A stretch of DNA of 64,000 bases from Eledone cirrhosa (taxonomy: Eukaryota). The notes under the pieces were generated by a model. It made no database searches. It was not told the DNA's origin and saw only the letters and a program-made list of their open reading frames with translations. Made by a program: the position numbers and the translations under genes. Location: contig OZ024740.1 in the NCBI GenBank assembly GCA_964016885.1, positions 169,446,001 through 169,510,000 of the forward strand, written 5' to 3'. Below are positions 1 through 13,999 of this stretch, piece by piece. Each line of letters begins with the position of its first letter. The first letter of the stretch is position 1.

Positions 1-2595
1 TTAGGTATTCGGTTGGAGCTATAGGACTGCACATTGAAATTATATGGTCAATGGTCTCTGGTTGTTTTTTGCATACACGGCATAATGGGCTGCACCCATT
101 TTTTATTATGTTGGCTTGGTAATTTTTTGTTGGCAGACACTGATCTTGTGCGGATATAATCAGTCCTTCAGTCTCCGATTTCAGTCCAGAGGATGCCAAC
201 CACTGATGGGTTAAAGTTTTGTCAACATCAGGATTGTTAGCTCGCTCTGGGTATTTTCCATACAGAGGCTTTTCTTGCCATTTCTTAGCCAGTTTCTGTA
301 GCAGTTCTTTCTTTGCAGTTACTTTTACCTGCTTTTTCTGTGTTTTCCATTTCAGCAGTAAATGGGACTTCTGAAATTTGTAGTCCATTACTGTATCTTT
401 GTGCATCTTTTGTAATGGAATATGATCTTTTGATGATTTCGTGTTTCAAAACGAGTTTGATCATCCAATCATGTGATTCCCTTAGATATGTAGATAATCC
501 AATTGTTGCAGTTTTCAACGCAATGTCTAACTGGATTAACCCACGTCCTCCTTCTTTCCTAGGGAGATATATTCTATCTATATCTGCTTTAGGGTGATGC
601 ATTCTGTGCATGGTTAAGAATTTTCGAATTTTTGTATCGAGCCTACGGATCTCTGTGCTTGACCAGTTGATGACATTGTAACTGTAGGTTACTACTGGTA
701 TGGCAAGCGTGTTTATGGCATCGATCCTATTCCTTGCATTCAATTCCGTTTTTAAGATTGCTCTCACTCTGCGGTAACATTCCTTCCTTATCCTTTCCCT
801 CATTGTCGAGTGCTTGATTCCGTCTCCTTCACAAACACCTAGATATTTGTAAGTTTTTTCTTGATCAAGTTCTCTTATCACGTTCCCCCAATCAAGATTA
901 ATGTCTGAACTCTTCAGCAGCTTTCCTCTGGTGAACGTTGCTTTGGCGCATTTATCTAGTCCAAACTCCATTTTAATGTCATCACTGAACTGCTTCACAG
1001 TGGATAATAGCCCTTGCAATTGTTCATCATTTTTTTGCAAATAGTTTCAGGTCATCCATGTAGAACATGTGATTAATGGTTTTGTCATAGACTTTATATC
1101 CATGTTTTGTTTCATTGAGCATTTTACTTAATGGTATAAGTGCGATGCAGAATAAAAGCGGTGATAAAGAGTCACCCTGAAAAATTCCACACTTAATATT
1201 AACTTCTCCAGCTTCCAGTGATTTTGTTTCACTATTCAAAAGGAGTGTCGTTTTCCATGTCTTCATACTGAATGACAAAAACCTCCTGACAACGGGGGAT
1301 ACTTTGAAAATCTCTAAACATTTTTCAATCCAACTGTGTGGCAAACTATCAAATGCTTTTTTATAATCTATCCAAGCAATCGATAGATTTTTGTGTCTAT
1401 TATGACAATCTTCCAGTATCATTTTGTTAACCAGAAGCTGATCCTTACAGCCATATGAGCCTCGTTTACACCCTTTCTGCTCAATGGGAAATAGGTCATT
1501 TGTTATCAGGTGGTCATATGTGTATTCAGTTAGGACTGATGTTAAAATTTTATACATTGTGGTCAAGCAAGTTATCGGTCTGTAATTTTTGGGATTGTTT
1601 GTCTTATCATTCTTCGGAAGCAGGAATGTAATGCCGTTAACTAGCCATGAAGGTATCTTTTCTGGCTCCTTAACTATTTCATTGTAAAGTTGGGCTAACA
1701 GCTCATGAAACTCTGTGAAGGCATTTATCCAAAAGTTTTGTATTTTGTCTTTTCCTGGGGATTTCCATTTGCTGGTTTTTCTTAGAGCCAAGCGCAACTG
1801 TTCAACTGTTATATTTTCCCATGTTTGTTCCTCAAGGTGAGCTGTATCTTTCATTTGTCTGTCTATCCATGGGGCATATATGTTATGAACTTTTTCTTCG
1901 GCCCAGATCTTTTCCCAGAATTCTTGCACTTCCTCCTTGGGTGGTATTGATTTAGCAGTTATTGTTGACTTACCAATTTTTCTGTAGAAGTTTCTTTGGT
2001 TGTTTTTGAACATATTATTATCCTTATAGAATCTAGATCGTTTTTCAAAGCGCCTTATACGAGCAGCTTTGGCCGACACTTTTTGCTTGATTATTTCTAT
2101 CAGGATGTTTATGTCACATGTTGATTTTATACTGTACTTTTTTTTCAATTTTCTAAGTTTAGTTTGTTTAACATGTTCACCTACTTTATAGTTTGTTAAC
2201 ATTTCTATGTCAGATCGGAGAAGGTTTATTTGGCGATCGATGTTCTCTTGCCAAGTAGATTTCTTGTGGGAATTCCTTTGTTTTTTCATCTTCACTCCAC
2301 ATAAGTGAGTGGTGACTTTAGCCGATGCATAATAGAGATGATTTAAATCAGTAATGTTTAGTTTGTTTGTGATGATAATGTTTTTGAGAATTATGTTAGT
2401 CTTGTGTATTATCTTTTGGTTCTGTTTGGAGTTCTGGATCTTAGGGAGGGTGTCTCGTTGCCCCATGTCAGATTCTTTCATTTTCATCCATTCGATCATA
2501 ATTTCATCCTTCAAGTTGGCAAGTTCATTCTCATTCATTTCTTTATCATTTACGATCTCATTATTTTCATTTGCACTCCCTCCACTTTTTCGATC

Positions 2596-2597
<2 letters not shown>
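1..2597 (-). mobile_element. R4/Dong-clade non-LTR retrotransposon (RT plus CCHC knuckle), 5'-truncated, frameshifted, runs off the window start
   Basis: ORF 1027-2538 has RT motifs ([49 protein letters not shown]). It continues after frameshifts in 285-1040 (YKYLGV, LYLPRKEGGRGL-like) and 1-290 (SAQDQCL, CRVC..ETIDHIISMC). The 5' end abuts an (ATT)n tract. Confidence 0.92.
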
Positions 2598-2645
<48 letters not shown>

Positions 2646-2675
2646 CATTATTATTATTATTATTGTTATTGTTAT
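2598..2675. repeat. (TAA)n/(ATT)n microsatellite, target/tail of Dong elements
   Basis: Near-pure ATT run between two R4/Dong copies. Confidence 0.97.
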
Positions 2676-4689
2676 TCCTTGAATCTCAGTCATTGATGTT
2701 GGTTAACTGGAAAGTCCGTTGGATTGAATATCAAGCCACTACCTGCAGCCTCAGATATTCAGGACGTATCGGAGGGTTCTTGCCGTTCCAAGCAAGCATG
2801 CCTTTTGAAGCGTTCCAAAAAGCGTGAAGGGGCCGATTTTCTTTAACCATCCCTGGAAACCTTTGGAGATAGTCCCCAGTGCGCCTATGACAATCGGGAT
2901 CACTTTGACTTCATGGCAGTTCCAAATCCTTTTCACCTCCCACTTTAGGTCCTGGTATCGGTTAATTTTCTCCCTCTCCTTCTCTTGCACTCTCGTGTCG
3001 AACGGGCAGGCCACATCCACAATCAGGCACGATCTTTTTTCTTTGTCCACAACCACCAGGTCAGGTCTATTGTGTTCCAGTTTTTTGTCCGTCTGTATCC
3101 TAAAATCCCACAGCACCTTCACCTGACTGTTCTCCATCACCGCCTCTGGCCTATGCTCATAGCATTTCTCAGAATGTGGTAGATTGTTTACTTTGCACAG
3201 GTGCCAGTGGATCACCCTGCCCATCACATCGTGTCTCCAGCCCTTATAGTGGGTCTGGGCTAGGTGTTTACACTCGGACACAATGTGAGCCACAGTCTCC
3301 TCTCTCTCTCCACAGATCCTGCACAGTGGGCTAGCCTCCTCCTTGTAGATATGGTGCTTCAACCACTTCGTTTTGAGGGCCTGCTCCTGCGCAGCCATTA
3401 GCATTCCTTCTGTAGCCTTTTTCAGGTCTCCTCTTCTCAACCAGTTCCATGTCTGTGGATCTCTAAATTCAGTTTTCTCAAAGAAGGTACTATGAAGGGA
3501 TTTTCCCTTAAGGCTGCTCTTCCTCCTTGATGTTATTTCCTCCTTGGGTATCCCCTGGCCTACTGTCCCCTCCTTCAGTACAGCTCTGAGCATTGGCTCC
3601 TTACTATAGGTCACGTATTTGTATAGGTTGTTTTTCTCCATCTGAACACAGTCCTCTATGCTGATAAGACCTCTTCCACCCTCAGATCTCCTTAGGTAGA
3701 GTCTATCGACATCACTCCTCTTGTGGAACATGTTGTAGATAGTCAATAGCTTCCTAGTCTTCCTATCCATTTCTTTTTGTTCAGCAACATTCCATCTCAG
3801 AATTCCCGCACTGTACCTAATAATAGACACAGCTCGGGAATTTACTGCGCTTATGGCATTTCTGCTGTTCAGATGTGACTTCAATACGCTCCTTACTCTC
3901 CGAATGTATTCAGTTCTTAACAATTCCTTCATTTTTTTGTTCTTTATGCCATCAGCCTCCAGAACGCCCAAATACTTGTATCCTTCCTCAGAGTCAATTT
4001 CCTTTATCATCTCACCTGTTGGTATCTGGATCCCGTTACTTCTGCTCAACCTACCCCTCCTCATCACAATGACTCCACATTTACCAATACCAAACTGCAT
4101 ACATATATCACTGCTGAAAATACGGACAGTGTCAACAAGCACTTCCAACTCCTTCTCACTTTTCCCGAAGAGCTTAAGATCGTCCATGAAGAGGAGGTGA
4201 TTGATGGTAAGCTCTCCCCTTCCCAACTTGTATCCTGCTCTCACTTTTCGCAGCATAATGGTCAAGGGCATCAGGGCAAGGACAAACAACAGAGGGGACA
4301 GGCTATCTCCCTGGAAGATACCTCTCTTGATCTTCACGCTTCCCAAGGATACTCCAGTTGATGTCAACTCTGTCTCCCAGGACCCCATACTCCTGCCCAG
4401 CAACTGTCTGATGTTATCTGCCACCCTGAAGATCTCCAGGCTTTTGGTGATCCAGGAATGAGGCACCATGTCAAATGCCTTTCTGTAGTCTATCCATCCC
4501 ATGGCAAGATCAGTGTGTCTCCTCCTGCAATTCCCCATTACCATCTTATCAATAAGCAACTGGTCCTTTGTACCACGTGACTTCTTTCGGCATCCTTTCT
4601 GTTCGTCCGGCAACAAGTTGTTTGTGTGGAGGTGATGGTAGATTTCCTCAGACACAATGCTCGTCAACAGTTTCCACATTACGGGCAGA

Positions 4690-4690
<1 letters not shown>
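2676..4690 (-). mobile_element. R4/Dong-clade non-LTR retrotransposon, 5'-truncated, remaining ORF uninterrupted
   Basis: 642-aa ORF 2751-4679, short 3'UTR 2676-2750, (TAA)n on both sides. Confidence 0.95.
2751..4679 (-). CDS. RT + zinc knuckle + restriction-like endonuclease (N-terminally truncated)
   Basis: [39 protein letters not shown] (CCHC), RHD, and RLE motif RPDLVV..D..EK..RY.DL. Confidence 0.9.
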   Translation of the reverse strand: MWKLLTSIVSEEIYHHLHTNNLLPDEQKGCRKKSRGTKDQLLIDKMVMGNCRRRHTDLAMGWIDYRKAFDMVPHSWITKSLEIFRVADNIRQLLGRSMGSWETELTSTGVSLGSVKIKRGIFQGDSLSPLLFVLALMPLTIMLRKVRAGYKLGRGELTINHLLFMDDLKLFGKSEKELEVLVDTVRIFSSDICMQFGIGKCGVIVMRRGRLSRSNGIQIPTGEMIKEIDSEEGYKYLGVLEADGIKNKKMKELLRTEYIRRVRSVLKSHLNSRNAISAVNSRAVSIIRYSAGILRWNVAEQKEMDRKTRKLLTIYNMFHKRSDVDRLYLRRSEGGRGLISIEDCVQMEKNNLYKYVTYSKEPMLRAVLKEGTVGQGIPKEEITSRRKSSLKGKSLHSTFFEKTEFRDPQTWNWLRRGDLKKATEGMLMAAQEQALKTKWLKHHIYKEEASPLCRICGEREETVAHIVSECKHLAQTHYKGWRHDVMGRVIHWHLCKVNNLPHSEKCYEHRPEAVMENSQVKVLWDFRIQTDKKLEHNRPDLVVVDKEKRSCLIVDVACPFDTRVQEKEREKINRYQDLKWEVKRIWNCHEVKVIPIVIGALGTISKGFQGWLKKIGPFTLFGTLQKACLLGTARTLRYVLNI

Positions 4691-4758
<68 letters not shown>

Positions 4759-4766
4759 TGTTATTA
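4691..4766. repeat. (TAA)n microsatellite
   Basis: ATT run between Dong copies 2 and 3. Confidence 0.97.
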
Positions 4767-6915
4767 CTCTTTGAGTCTCAGTCATTGATGTTAGTTAACT
4801 GGAAAGTTTGTTGAAATGAATATCAAGCCCTACCTGCAGCCTCAGATATTCAGGACGTATCGGAGGGGTCTTGCTGTTCCCAGCAAGCATACCTTTTGAG
4901 GCGTTCCAAAAAGCGTGAAGGGGCCAATTTTCTTTAACCATCCCTGAAACCTTTTGAGATAGTCCCTAGTGCGCCTATGACAATCGGGATCACTTTGACT
5001 TCATGGCAGTTCCAAATCCTTTTTACCTCCCACTTTAAGTCCTGGTATCGGTTAATTTTCTCCCTCTCCTTCTCTTGCACTCTCGTGTCGAATGGGCAGG
5101 CCACATCCACAATCAGGCACGATCTTTTTTCTTTGTCCACAACCACCAGGTCAGGTCTATTGTGTTCCAGTTTCTTGTCCGTCTGTATCCTAAAATCCCA
5201 CAGCACCTTCACCTGATCGTTTTCTATCACCGCCTCTGGCTTATGCTCATACCATTTCTCAGAATATGGTAAATTGTTTACTTTGCATAGGTGCCAGTGG
5301 ATCACATCATGTCTCCATCCCTTATAGTGTGACTGGGCTAGGTGTTTACACTCGGATACAATGTGAGCCACAGTCTCCTCTCTCTCTCCACAGATCCTGC
5401 ACAGTGGGCTAGCCTCCTCCTTGTAAATATGGTGTTTCAACCACTTCGTTTTGAGGGCCTGCTCCTGCGCAGCCATTAACATTCCTTCTGTAGCCTTTTT
5501 AAGGTCTCCTCTTTTCAACCAGTTCCATGTCTGTGGATCTCTGAATTTAGTTTTCTCAAAGAAGGTACTATGAAGGGATTTTTCCTGAAGGCTGCTCTTT
5601 CTTCTTGATGTTATTTCCTCCTTGGACATCCCCTGGCCTATTATCCCCTCCTTCAGTACAGTTCTGAGCATTGGCTCCTTACTACCAGTCACGTATTTGT
5701 GTAGGTTGTTTTTCTCCATCTGAACACAGTCCTCTATGCTGATATGACCTCTTCCACCTTCAGATCTCCTTAAGTAGAGTCTATCGACATCACTCCTCTT
5801 GTGGAACATGTTGTAGATAGTCAATAGCTTCCTAGTCTTCCTATCCATTTCTTTTTGTTCAGCAACATTCCATCTCAGAATTCCCGCACTGTACCTAATA
5901 ATAGACACAGCTCGGGAATTTACTGCACTTATGGCATTCCTGCTGTTCAGATGTGACTTTAATACGCTCCTTACTCTCCGAATGTATTCAGTTCTTATCA
6001 ATTCCTTCATTTTTTTGTTCTTGATGTCATCAGCCTCCAGAACGCCCAAATACTTGTATCCTTCTTCAGAGTCAATTTCCTTTATCAACTCACCTGTTGG
6101 TACCTGGATTCCGTTACTTCTGCTCAACTTACCCCTCTTCATCACAATGACTCCACACTTACTAATACCAAATTGGATACATATATCATTACTGAAAATA
6201 CGGACAGTGTCAACAAGTACATCCAACTTCTTCTCACTCTTCCTGAAGAGCTTAAGATCGTCCATGAAGAGGAGGTGATTGATGGTAAGCCCTCCCTTTC
6301 CCAACCTGTATCCTGCTCTCACTTTTCGCAGTACACTGGTCAGGGGCATCAGGGCAAGGACAAACAACAGAGGGGACAGACTATCTCCCTGGAAGATACC
6401 TCTCTTGATCTTCACGCTTCCCAAGGATTCTCCAGTTGATGTTAACTCTGTTTCCCAGGACTACATACTTTTGCCCAACAACTGTCTGATGTTATCTGCC
6501 ACCTTGAAGATCTCCAGGCTTTTGGTGATCCAAGAATGAGGCACCATGTCAAATGCCTTTTTGTAGTCTATCCATCCCATGGCAAGACCAGTGTGTCTCC
6601 TCTTGCAATTCCTCATTACCATCTTATCAATAAGTAACTGGTCCTTTGTACCACGTGACTTCTTTCGGCATCCTTTCTGTTCGTCCCTTAACAAGTTGTT
6701 TGTGTGGAGGTGATGGTAGATTTCCTCAGACACAATGCTCGTCAACAGTTTCCACATTACGGACAGACATGTGATAGGTCTATAGTTGGTAACATCATAA
6801 CCCTTGATTCGGTCTTTCATTATCAGAACTGTGGTACCTTTTGTCAACCACTCTGGTACCTCACCTGACATCAAGCAGTCATTGAACATGGTTGTCAGTT
6901 TCGGGTGGAGGGATG
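4767..6915 (-). mobile_element. Second copy of the same R4/Dong family, pseudogenised
   Basis: Closely similar to 2676-4690. Stop at 6461, 12-bp deletion near 5305, 1-bp frameshift near 4945, homologous stop at 4842-4844. Followed by (ATT)n 6933-6988. Confidence 0.93.
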
Positions 6916-6931
6916 TTATATTTTTAATCCA

Positions 6932-6974
<43 letters not shown>

Positions 6975-7088
6975 ATATTATTATTATTAAATTATAATTA
7001 CACTCCTTATTCCTCACATATACTGAAACTATGTTGACTTTCTTTAAATAACGTCTTCCTTGTGAAATTTGTCTTTTCTTAACTAATG

Positions 7089-7353
<265 letters not shown>

Positions 7354-7715
7354 GGAGAGAGATTTCAGCGCTGGATATATCAGCTCCGAAAGGATGCCAG
7401 ATAAAATTGATCTTGACGGTATTTGAATTTTGAGGGAAGAACGATGTTTTGATGATGCGCTCAGTTAGTTGCCTCCTTTGAATATACACTCAACCAGTAA
7501 ATACGATTGCAAAACAATATCATTCAACTAACTAATGTGTAAGGTTGGCTGCACAAATCTTTACGTAGGATTTGTATCCAGGTTACTATTTATACATCGC
7601 TAGAAACATGTATTAATGCACACCGACACACACAAACATAAAATACACACATACATACACCCATACATACACCCATACATACATACATACATACATACAT
7701 ACATACATACATACA

Positions 7716-7746
<31 letters not shown>

Positions 7747-7898
7747 TTATACTCACATCCACTCGCATATATGTATATATATGGTACATTTGCGCATGTT
7801 GAAATATATGCAAAAAAGTAATTTTCGCGACGTGAAGAAGCTTTTCTCGTGGAAACAGTTAAGAGGTATTGACTACACCTTTCTCGTAGTTGGAAGAT

Positions 7899-7965
7899 AT
7901 GTTGTCCAGAAAAATTGCCATCTATATTCTATTCTTTATTTGCAATGTAGAAGCAGCTTCCAATA
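7899..7965 (+). CDS. Host gene coding exon 1: signal peptide MLSRKIAIYILFFICNVEA-ASN
   Basis: ATG, basic N-region, hydrophobic core, VEA cleavage-like site. Donor A|gtaagt at 7966 (phase 1). Candidate acceptor ctttctcgtag at 7889. Confidence 0.7.
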
Positions 7966-8289
7966 GTAAGTGAATTTATTTTATGTCTTGCCATCATCTT
8001 TTATAGCTATATTTGCGAGGATATTTTAATATATTCTCTTTTTACATTTATGTCGCATTTTATATTTTAAAATACTAATATGCTTGGTGATATTGCCAAT
8101 GGTGAACGAAGATTAATATTTCCGTAATTTTTCCGGTAGTGTTTCTAGGGTTACATGTCTTTTATAAGACAGTAAGTTGCTATTTAAAGCCAATATTGCT
8201 TCTATTACTAACAAATAGAGAGATAATGCAGAGCCCATACTGTTAACTTGTCTGAGTAAGTGATTCTCATGGGGATTTTACATTATTAA

Positions 8290-8480
8290 TAAGACTTGGC
8301 AGAACCGTTAGAGCGACGGACAAATATACCTTGCGGATCTTTTACATTAAGTGTTCAAATTCAATCGAGGGAAACAGTCATTACGTGGTCAGTAGAAGAA
8401 ATAACCAGCAGAGATAATGTAGTCAATTTACTCGACTAGCCCGACCCCCACGAAAATATACAGTCTTGAGCCAATGTTAG
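8290..8480 (+). mobile_element. Degenerate tRNA-derived SINE
   Basis: tggcagaaccgttagagcg head and gtgttcaaattc B-box, similar to the better-preserved SINE copies. Confidence 0.55.
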
Positions 8481-9033
8481 AAATCAATGCTACTTCAAGA
8501 AAGTTATGGGCACTAGTGTAGTACATTCCCTGGTGGTGGGTCGAGATGGTAGAGTGTTTGATAGTAGAATGTTTTCCAGTGATCAATATCGTCATTTTAC
8601 GTCGTCAGTTCTAATTCTGCTACTATATGTTTGTCATTTACCATTCAACGTTTACCTTGCACAACTGAAAGAATAATATAGATAGATACACTGATTATCG
8701 TAAGGTTTATGAAACAACACATATGTTCAGAGAACTTTACCGTTTACTCGTTATACTGATGGATATGTTCGTATTTCCCTGCAAGGGACATTGTGCAGTA
8801 TGCTATAGTTCAATTGCATCCAGCTGATATTAGTATAGTTATATACCAATATCAAACATATTGTCAAATTAGTTGAAACCAGCCGGCTCCAGGAATTAAT
8901 GGTTTAATATGCTCTATTTATTAAACAATATCAACGACAACTTAGCAAAAAATACTTTACGATGTTTAGTTCAAATCTTAGTTCAACTTTGCTTTTCCTG
9001 CTTCTGGAATCAATGCAATAAACAAAATGTAAC

Positions 9034-9064
<31 letters not shown>

Positions 9065-9177
9065 CTTCTCCTCCTCCTCCTCCTCCTCCTCCTCCTCCTC
9101 CTCCTCCTCCTTCTTCTTCTTCTTCTTCTTCTTCTTCTTCTTCTTCTTCTTCTTCTTCTTCTTCTTCTTCTTCTTCT
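9034..9177. repeat. (CTT)n/(CCT)n microsatellite, probable RTE 3' tail
   Basis: Direct reading; abuts the 3' end of the minus-strand RTE. Confidence 0.93.
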
Positions 9178-10290
9178 TTACGGATCGTGGGGGCAGGGTG
9201 CAGTGGGTCCTATCAGAAGCAACCGTCTCCAGCTGGATCGACAAGCGTGACCAGCCAAGCTCGTAGATGTTACCCAACCATCTTGATCAGGGTCTACCTC
9301 TGGGTCTCTTGTCGGTTAGTTTTGCTCGTAAAATCTGTCTAGCGATTCTTTCCTGTGACATTCTAACCACATGACCATAGTATCGGAGTTGTGATCTCTC
9401 TATTCGCGTTGATTATGAGTTATATGGTAGAAACCCTCTCAGGTAAACTGCTATCGAGTAACCTTACTACAAACACCTTTCGACAGAACCCAACATCAGC
9501 TGCTTGTTTTTGCGATCGTATTCTTTCGGCCATTACCCGAGATTCCTGACCATAGGTAGGGTTAGGCATGGACATCAAAGTAAAGATAGTGAGTTTGGAT
9601 TCGTTACCCATATCTCTTCTGACGACCACATTACTGTGCCAGCTTCAGCAGTCTTCTGCTTTCCATTACTTGTGAAAACAGTCTGGCTATACTTGAATTT
9701 GTTCACCTGCTTCAGTGTAACTCCACTCATTGTTCAAGCTTTCTTGAGAAGACAAGTTTCTCAGTCGTCGCAGCACTGATTTTCATTTCTACTGTCAACA
9801 CTCTGCAGGAAACCTATCCAGTGTATGATGACGATCACCTTAAGTAGTTCGATGTCATCTGAAATTCCAACCGAATGATACAAACCCGGCTTAATATGTA
9901 AATCCTGTTCATGAATATTATTAACACAATATGCACCCACGGAGGAGTCCGACATTAGGGGTTTCGTCATAACACCATTTAACGGAACACAAATGCTAGA
10001 AAATTTATGTAGGGCCTTCAAGGTAATAAAAAGCTGTCCATCAATCCCATATTTCCGCACGACCTTCCACAAAAACTCCCATGAGATGTGGCCGTATGTC
10101 TTTTGGAGGTCTACAAAAGGAATATACATCAGGATTTCCCAAAGACATGCCGCATTGTGTAATATTTGGTTGGCTGTTCTATGTCCGGGGCAAAAATCAC
10201 ACTGTTTGTCAGTTAGCTTGAACTCGACAATATCTCTACATCTCTTTGATAGACACTTAGCATATGCGTTACTGAGGAGACGACGTAACA
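9178..10290 (-). mobile_element. Degenerate RTE-clade LINE
   Basis: Fragments FVDLQKTYGHI..LWKVVRKYGI and TYGQESRVMAERIRSQ.QAA are typical of RTE RT and C-terminus. Confidence 0.8.
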
Positions 10291-10468
10291 AAGAGATTAC
10301 TATATAATTACAGATTCCTATATAATGTCTTCCGATTTCAAAATTGAGATTTTCACTCCTGATTGTCATTACAATTTAGTCCAAAATAAGAATATTAGGG
10401 TGAAAAGATTTTGCATGTATTAAGAAAGAATAATTCTATGAATGTTTCATTTCTGTATTTTTCTTTAG

Positions 10469-10660
10469 ATGACTTAGATTCAGAACCGGAACGAACTGTA
10501 GACTCAAATAACCAGGCAAGCACCACTTTGATTCGCAATACTTATTTATTGTTGGGCCAAGGAAACTTTACTGAAGCTATAAGGTTGTGCTCAAATTTCC
10601 AAGGTCATCCTATTCATGTTGAAACTCCAGAAAAGATGCAATATGCTAAGAATTGCTCGA
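10469..10660 (+). CDS. Host gene exon 2: N-terminal half of a C-type lectin-like domain
   Basis: Polypyrimidine acceptor tttttctttag|, donor |gtaagt, 192 nt, phase 1/1. YLLLGQGNFTEAIRLCSNFQGHPIHVETPEK resembles the CTLD Y..(W/F)..A...C...G.L..I.S.EE pattern. Confidence 0.72.
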
Positions 10661-10837
10661 GTAAGTTCAATATGTTATCAAAATAAAATATTCCATTATC
10701 AGCAATAAATATTCTTACACTAGTATATGTTTAACATAAGTGTATGTCTCTATCTGTTTCAATAAGTGATATGTTCATATAAAAATCTGCCATCTTTAGA
10801 TTTAAATAATAACAATATTAAGGATATATATCTAACC

Positions 10838-10911
<74 letters not shown>

Positions 10912-11171
10912 ATATTAATTAGAGTATGTGTTAGCTTATCACCGACACTTTAGTATGCAGGGTAGATCACTTGACAAAGTACACAAGTGGGTCTATTTAC
11001 TCCGGAGTATATTTATAATCATGAAGTACTGCTAGAAATTGAATAGAACCCCTCCCCCGGGGTTTGTAGAGAACAAGACCAAATATCAACTCAGGGCATA
11101 TCAACAAATCGAAACAACATAAGTAACCCTTCTTTCTTCTTTATGTCTTTCACTTTTTTTTGTTCAACTTC

Positions 11172-11236
11172 TAGCTGTCTGATGAGGTCATAACAGTTGC
11201 ATAACGGTTATCCCCGAAACATATATGTAACAGCTA
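11172..11236 (+). ncRNA. Type I minimal hammerhead ribozyme (PLE pseudo-LTR type)
   Basis: Stem I tagctgt/acagcta, core CTGATGA, stem II with ataac/gttat, GAAA, palindromic stem III c-atatat-g, cleavage triplet GTA. Confidence 0.8.
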
Positions 11237-11794
11237 TTATGAATAAACGAAGTGAATTATAACCTGTAATAACTATAAAAAGAGTTGCCATCACATAAAT
11301 GATAGTATTGTGGTATATGTAAGATGGTCTATTTATAGTTTATACATATGAGTGTGTGTCCATACACACACGCTCTGTCTGAATGTTCGCTTAACGTAAC
11401 ATCTGCTCCAAGCTCTATTTAAGATTTCTTTACCATACATTGATGATCTTACGCTTGGATTACCCAATAGTCAAATACTTTTGCGTTCCAAATATTCGCG
11501 GCATTAATTCACTGTCTAATACAAGATTCCTGGTATCAGAATGTGCTACTCTGATGGAATACATCCAAGGCCAGCAATTTGCTATACGTGAAGAGCGAGA
11601 GAAAGAAACAAAATAAAAGGAATAAAAAAAAAAACAAAACAAAACTGACTATCCTTTCACTACCAAATCATTTTTTGAATCGGATTAGAAAGAGAGAAGA
11701 AGAAGAAAACCAACACGTGTTGCTACCCACACAGATATACATATTTATATACGATATATTAACAAATGGAAACTATAATTATAAAACCATATTT

Positions 11795-11858
11795 ATATCA
11801 TTATACATATTTCAAGGGATACCAAGGCAGATTATGGTGCGCTTTCATCAGATAAAAT
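11795..11858 (-). ncRNA. Type I hammerhead ribozyme, paralog of the 30088/30314 copies
   Basis: Minus strand reads attttat CTGATGA aagcgcacc..ggtatccctt GAAA tatgta TA atgatat. Confidence 0.65.
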
Positions 11859-13515
11859 ACAATACAGATTAGTTTTATAAATACATATTGACATATCCTG
11901 AAAAAATGCAACCTTAACGGTTGGAGCTTCCTGGATAGTGGAGATATTAGATTTATTGTTATGATTTAGTATGCAAATTAGTGTCGGAAAGGTTTAAATA
12001 ACAGTATATTTAAATTAAACCGTTGGAAGAGAGAAAAAAGAAAGAGAAAAAAAGAAAGAAAAAAAGAAAGAGAAAAAAAGAAAGAGAAAAAAAGAAAGAG
12101 AAAAAAAGAAAGAGAAAAAGAACTGTTTATATATATTTTTTGCCAGTAGAGTAAACGTGACTATATTTAAGTGAGAGAAAATATTAGTTATAAGGACAAT
12201 TATAACGTAAGTTTGTTTACGTGAGAGGAGAGAAGAAGCGAAGAAACGAATATAGCGTGGATGAATAATTCAGCAGCAGGATTCATTATAATGATAGGTT
12301 GAAAAAATGTTATCTAAGGTTTAATTAATAAATTTGATTAAATGTTTAATTAATAATTTAATAGTTTAATCATTAGTTTAAATGTGTATGTTAGATTATT
12401 TAAAAAAATGTGTATGTTAGATTATTAAAAAAATTAAAAAATTAAAACCTATTATATATTATTAAAAAATATATTATTATTATAAAAACATATATATATT
12501 ATTATTATTATAAAATATATATTATCATTAATTATTAATTAATTATTAATTATTAATAAAAATTGTAGGTTAAAAGTATCCAAATAATTCTAAACCCATG
12601 TAAATTTTCCGAGAGTTTACAGAAGAATAACCCCTTATTTGTATTATAATAGCAGTACAGCGTAAAGGAAGTTATTAGTGATTTATTAATAACTCAGAGG
12701 ACTATAAGGTTAAGAAGTTAAAAAGTTAAATTTTCTATATTAAGAATGTAATTAAAATATGAATCTTATGTTATTTTATACTAAGTCATAAATTTATAAA
12801 TTCATAAATTTACTTGTTATGAAGTTATAATAGTTAAAACATAAATTTACTTGCCATAACATCACAACATATAGAAATTATAACATTTAAAATTTTCATA
12901 AGAATATATTTATAAAATATATTTAAAGTATAAATTTTAGGTTATACCACATATACATAAAAAATCACTATGTTTATCATATGTTTATCATAAACATTTG
13001 GATATATATATATTAAGCATTTGAAAAATATAAGAATATAGAAATATAAAATACACAATATAAAATATGAATTATATTTTTAAAAAATATATAAGAATAT
13101 AGAAATATAAAATACACAATATAAAATATGAATTATAATTTTTCTATACTCGTCAGAGGAATTTTCAAAATATTTTCCTTAGATCCTTCAGTAGATTTAT
13201 CAAGAAAAATTCTTTCAAGAAAAAAATGTTCTTTTCTTTAAGGGAGTTCCAAGCAGTCATATAAAAGGAATCTAATGATTTATTGATAGGTGTAATAATA
13301 ATAGAGGATATTATGTAAAAGAGATGAGTTATATATTACAAAAAAAAAAGAAAAAGAGAATATATCTTTTGCCGTTGTGCTGCCAAATGATGCCGAAAGC
13401 CATTGACCCTCATCTTCGGTCAAGAAGGCCATTGTAGCGTTACTCACAGAAGCTGATACAGCAGCCAGCTTTACAGCCGATATAGGTAGCATCAACTATT
13501 ATCACTACCAATAAC

Positions 13516-13697
13516 TGTTTCTACTTTTGGCACAAGGCCAGCAATTACCCAGTGCATTACTGGTACTTTATTTTATCGACCCCGTAAGGATGAAAGGCAA
13601 AGTCAACCTCGGCGGGATTTGAACTCAGATCGTAAAGGGACGTAACTATGCTGGAAAGCATGGCGTCCGACCCTCTACCGATACTGCCAATCCACCG
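13516..13697 (-). mobile_element. tRNA-derived SINE (octopus-type) with 14-bp TSD
   Basis: A-box tggcagtatcgg, B-box gagttcaaatcc, conserved body gcctttcatcc..ggggtcgataaaataaagtaccag. TSD tcactaccaataac at 13502 and 13698. Confidence 0.9.
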
Positions 13698-13999
13698 TCA
13701 CTACCAATAACAAGAGGAAGGTAGCGACAGAAACAGTGGCAATAACAACGACCCCGCATCTTCGGTGAAAGAAGGCGTTCGAGCCTCAGCAAACAGCTTG
13801 GCAGTCGGAATTGGCAGCAGTTTAACTACCACCACCATTAACAAGAGGAAGGCAACGACAGCAACAGTGACATTAACAACAACAACACATTTGTGTATAC
13901 ATCAACATCGTACCAGTAATCACTACCAGTGCCATTAACAAGAGAAAGCCAACTCCAGCATCAGTGACAATAACAACAACACATGTATTCAGGATGAAT

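Noticed and set aside
313-6539. Plus-strand ORFs overlapping the Dong elements
   Set aside because: Antisense shadows of the RT ORFs with no recognisable motifs.
12030-13330. Extremely AT-rich stretch with 14-bp and ~60-bp tandem repeats, possible mitochondrial insertion
   Set aside because: No recognisable mitochondrial gene, rRNA or tRNA; low complexity only.
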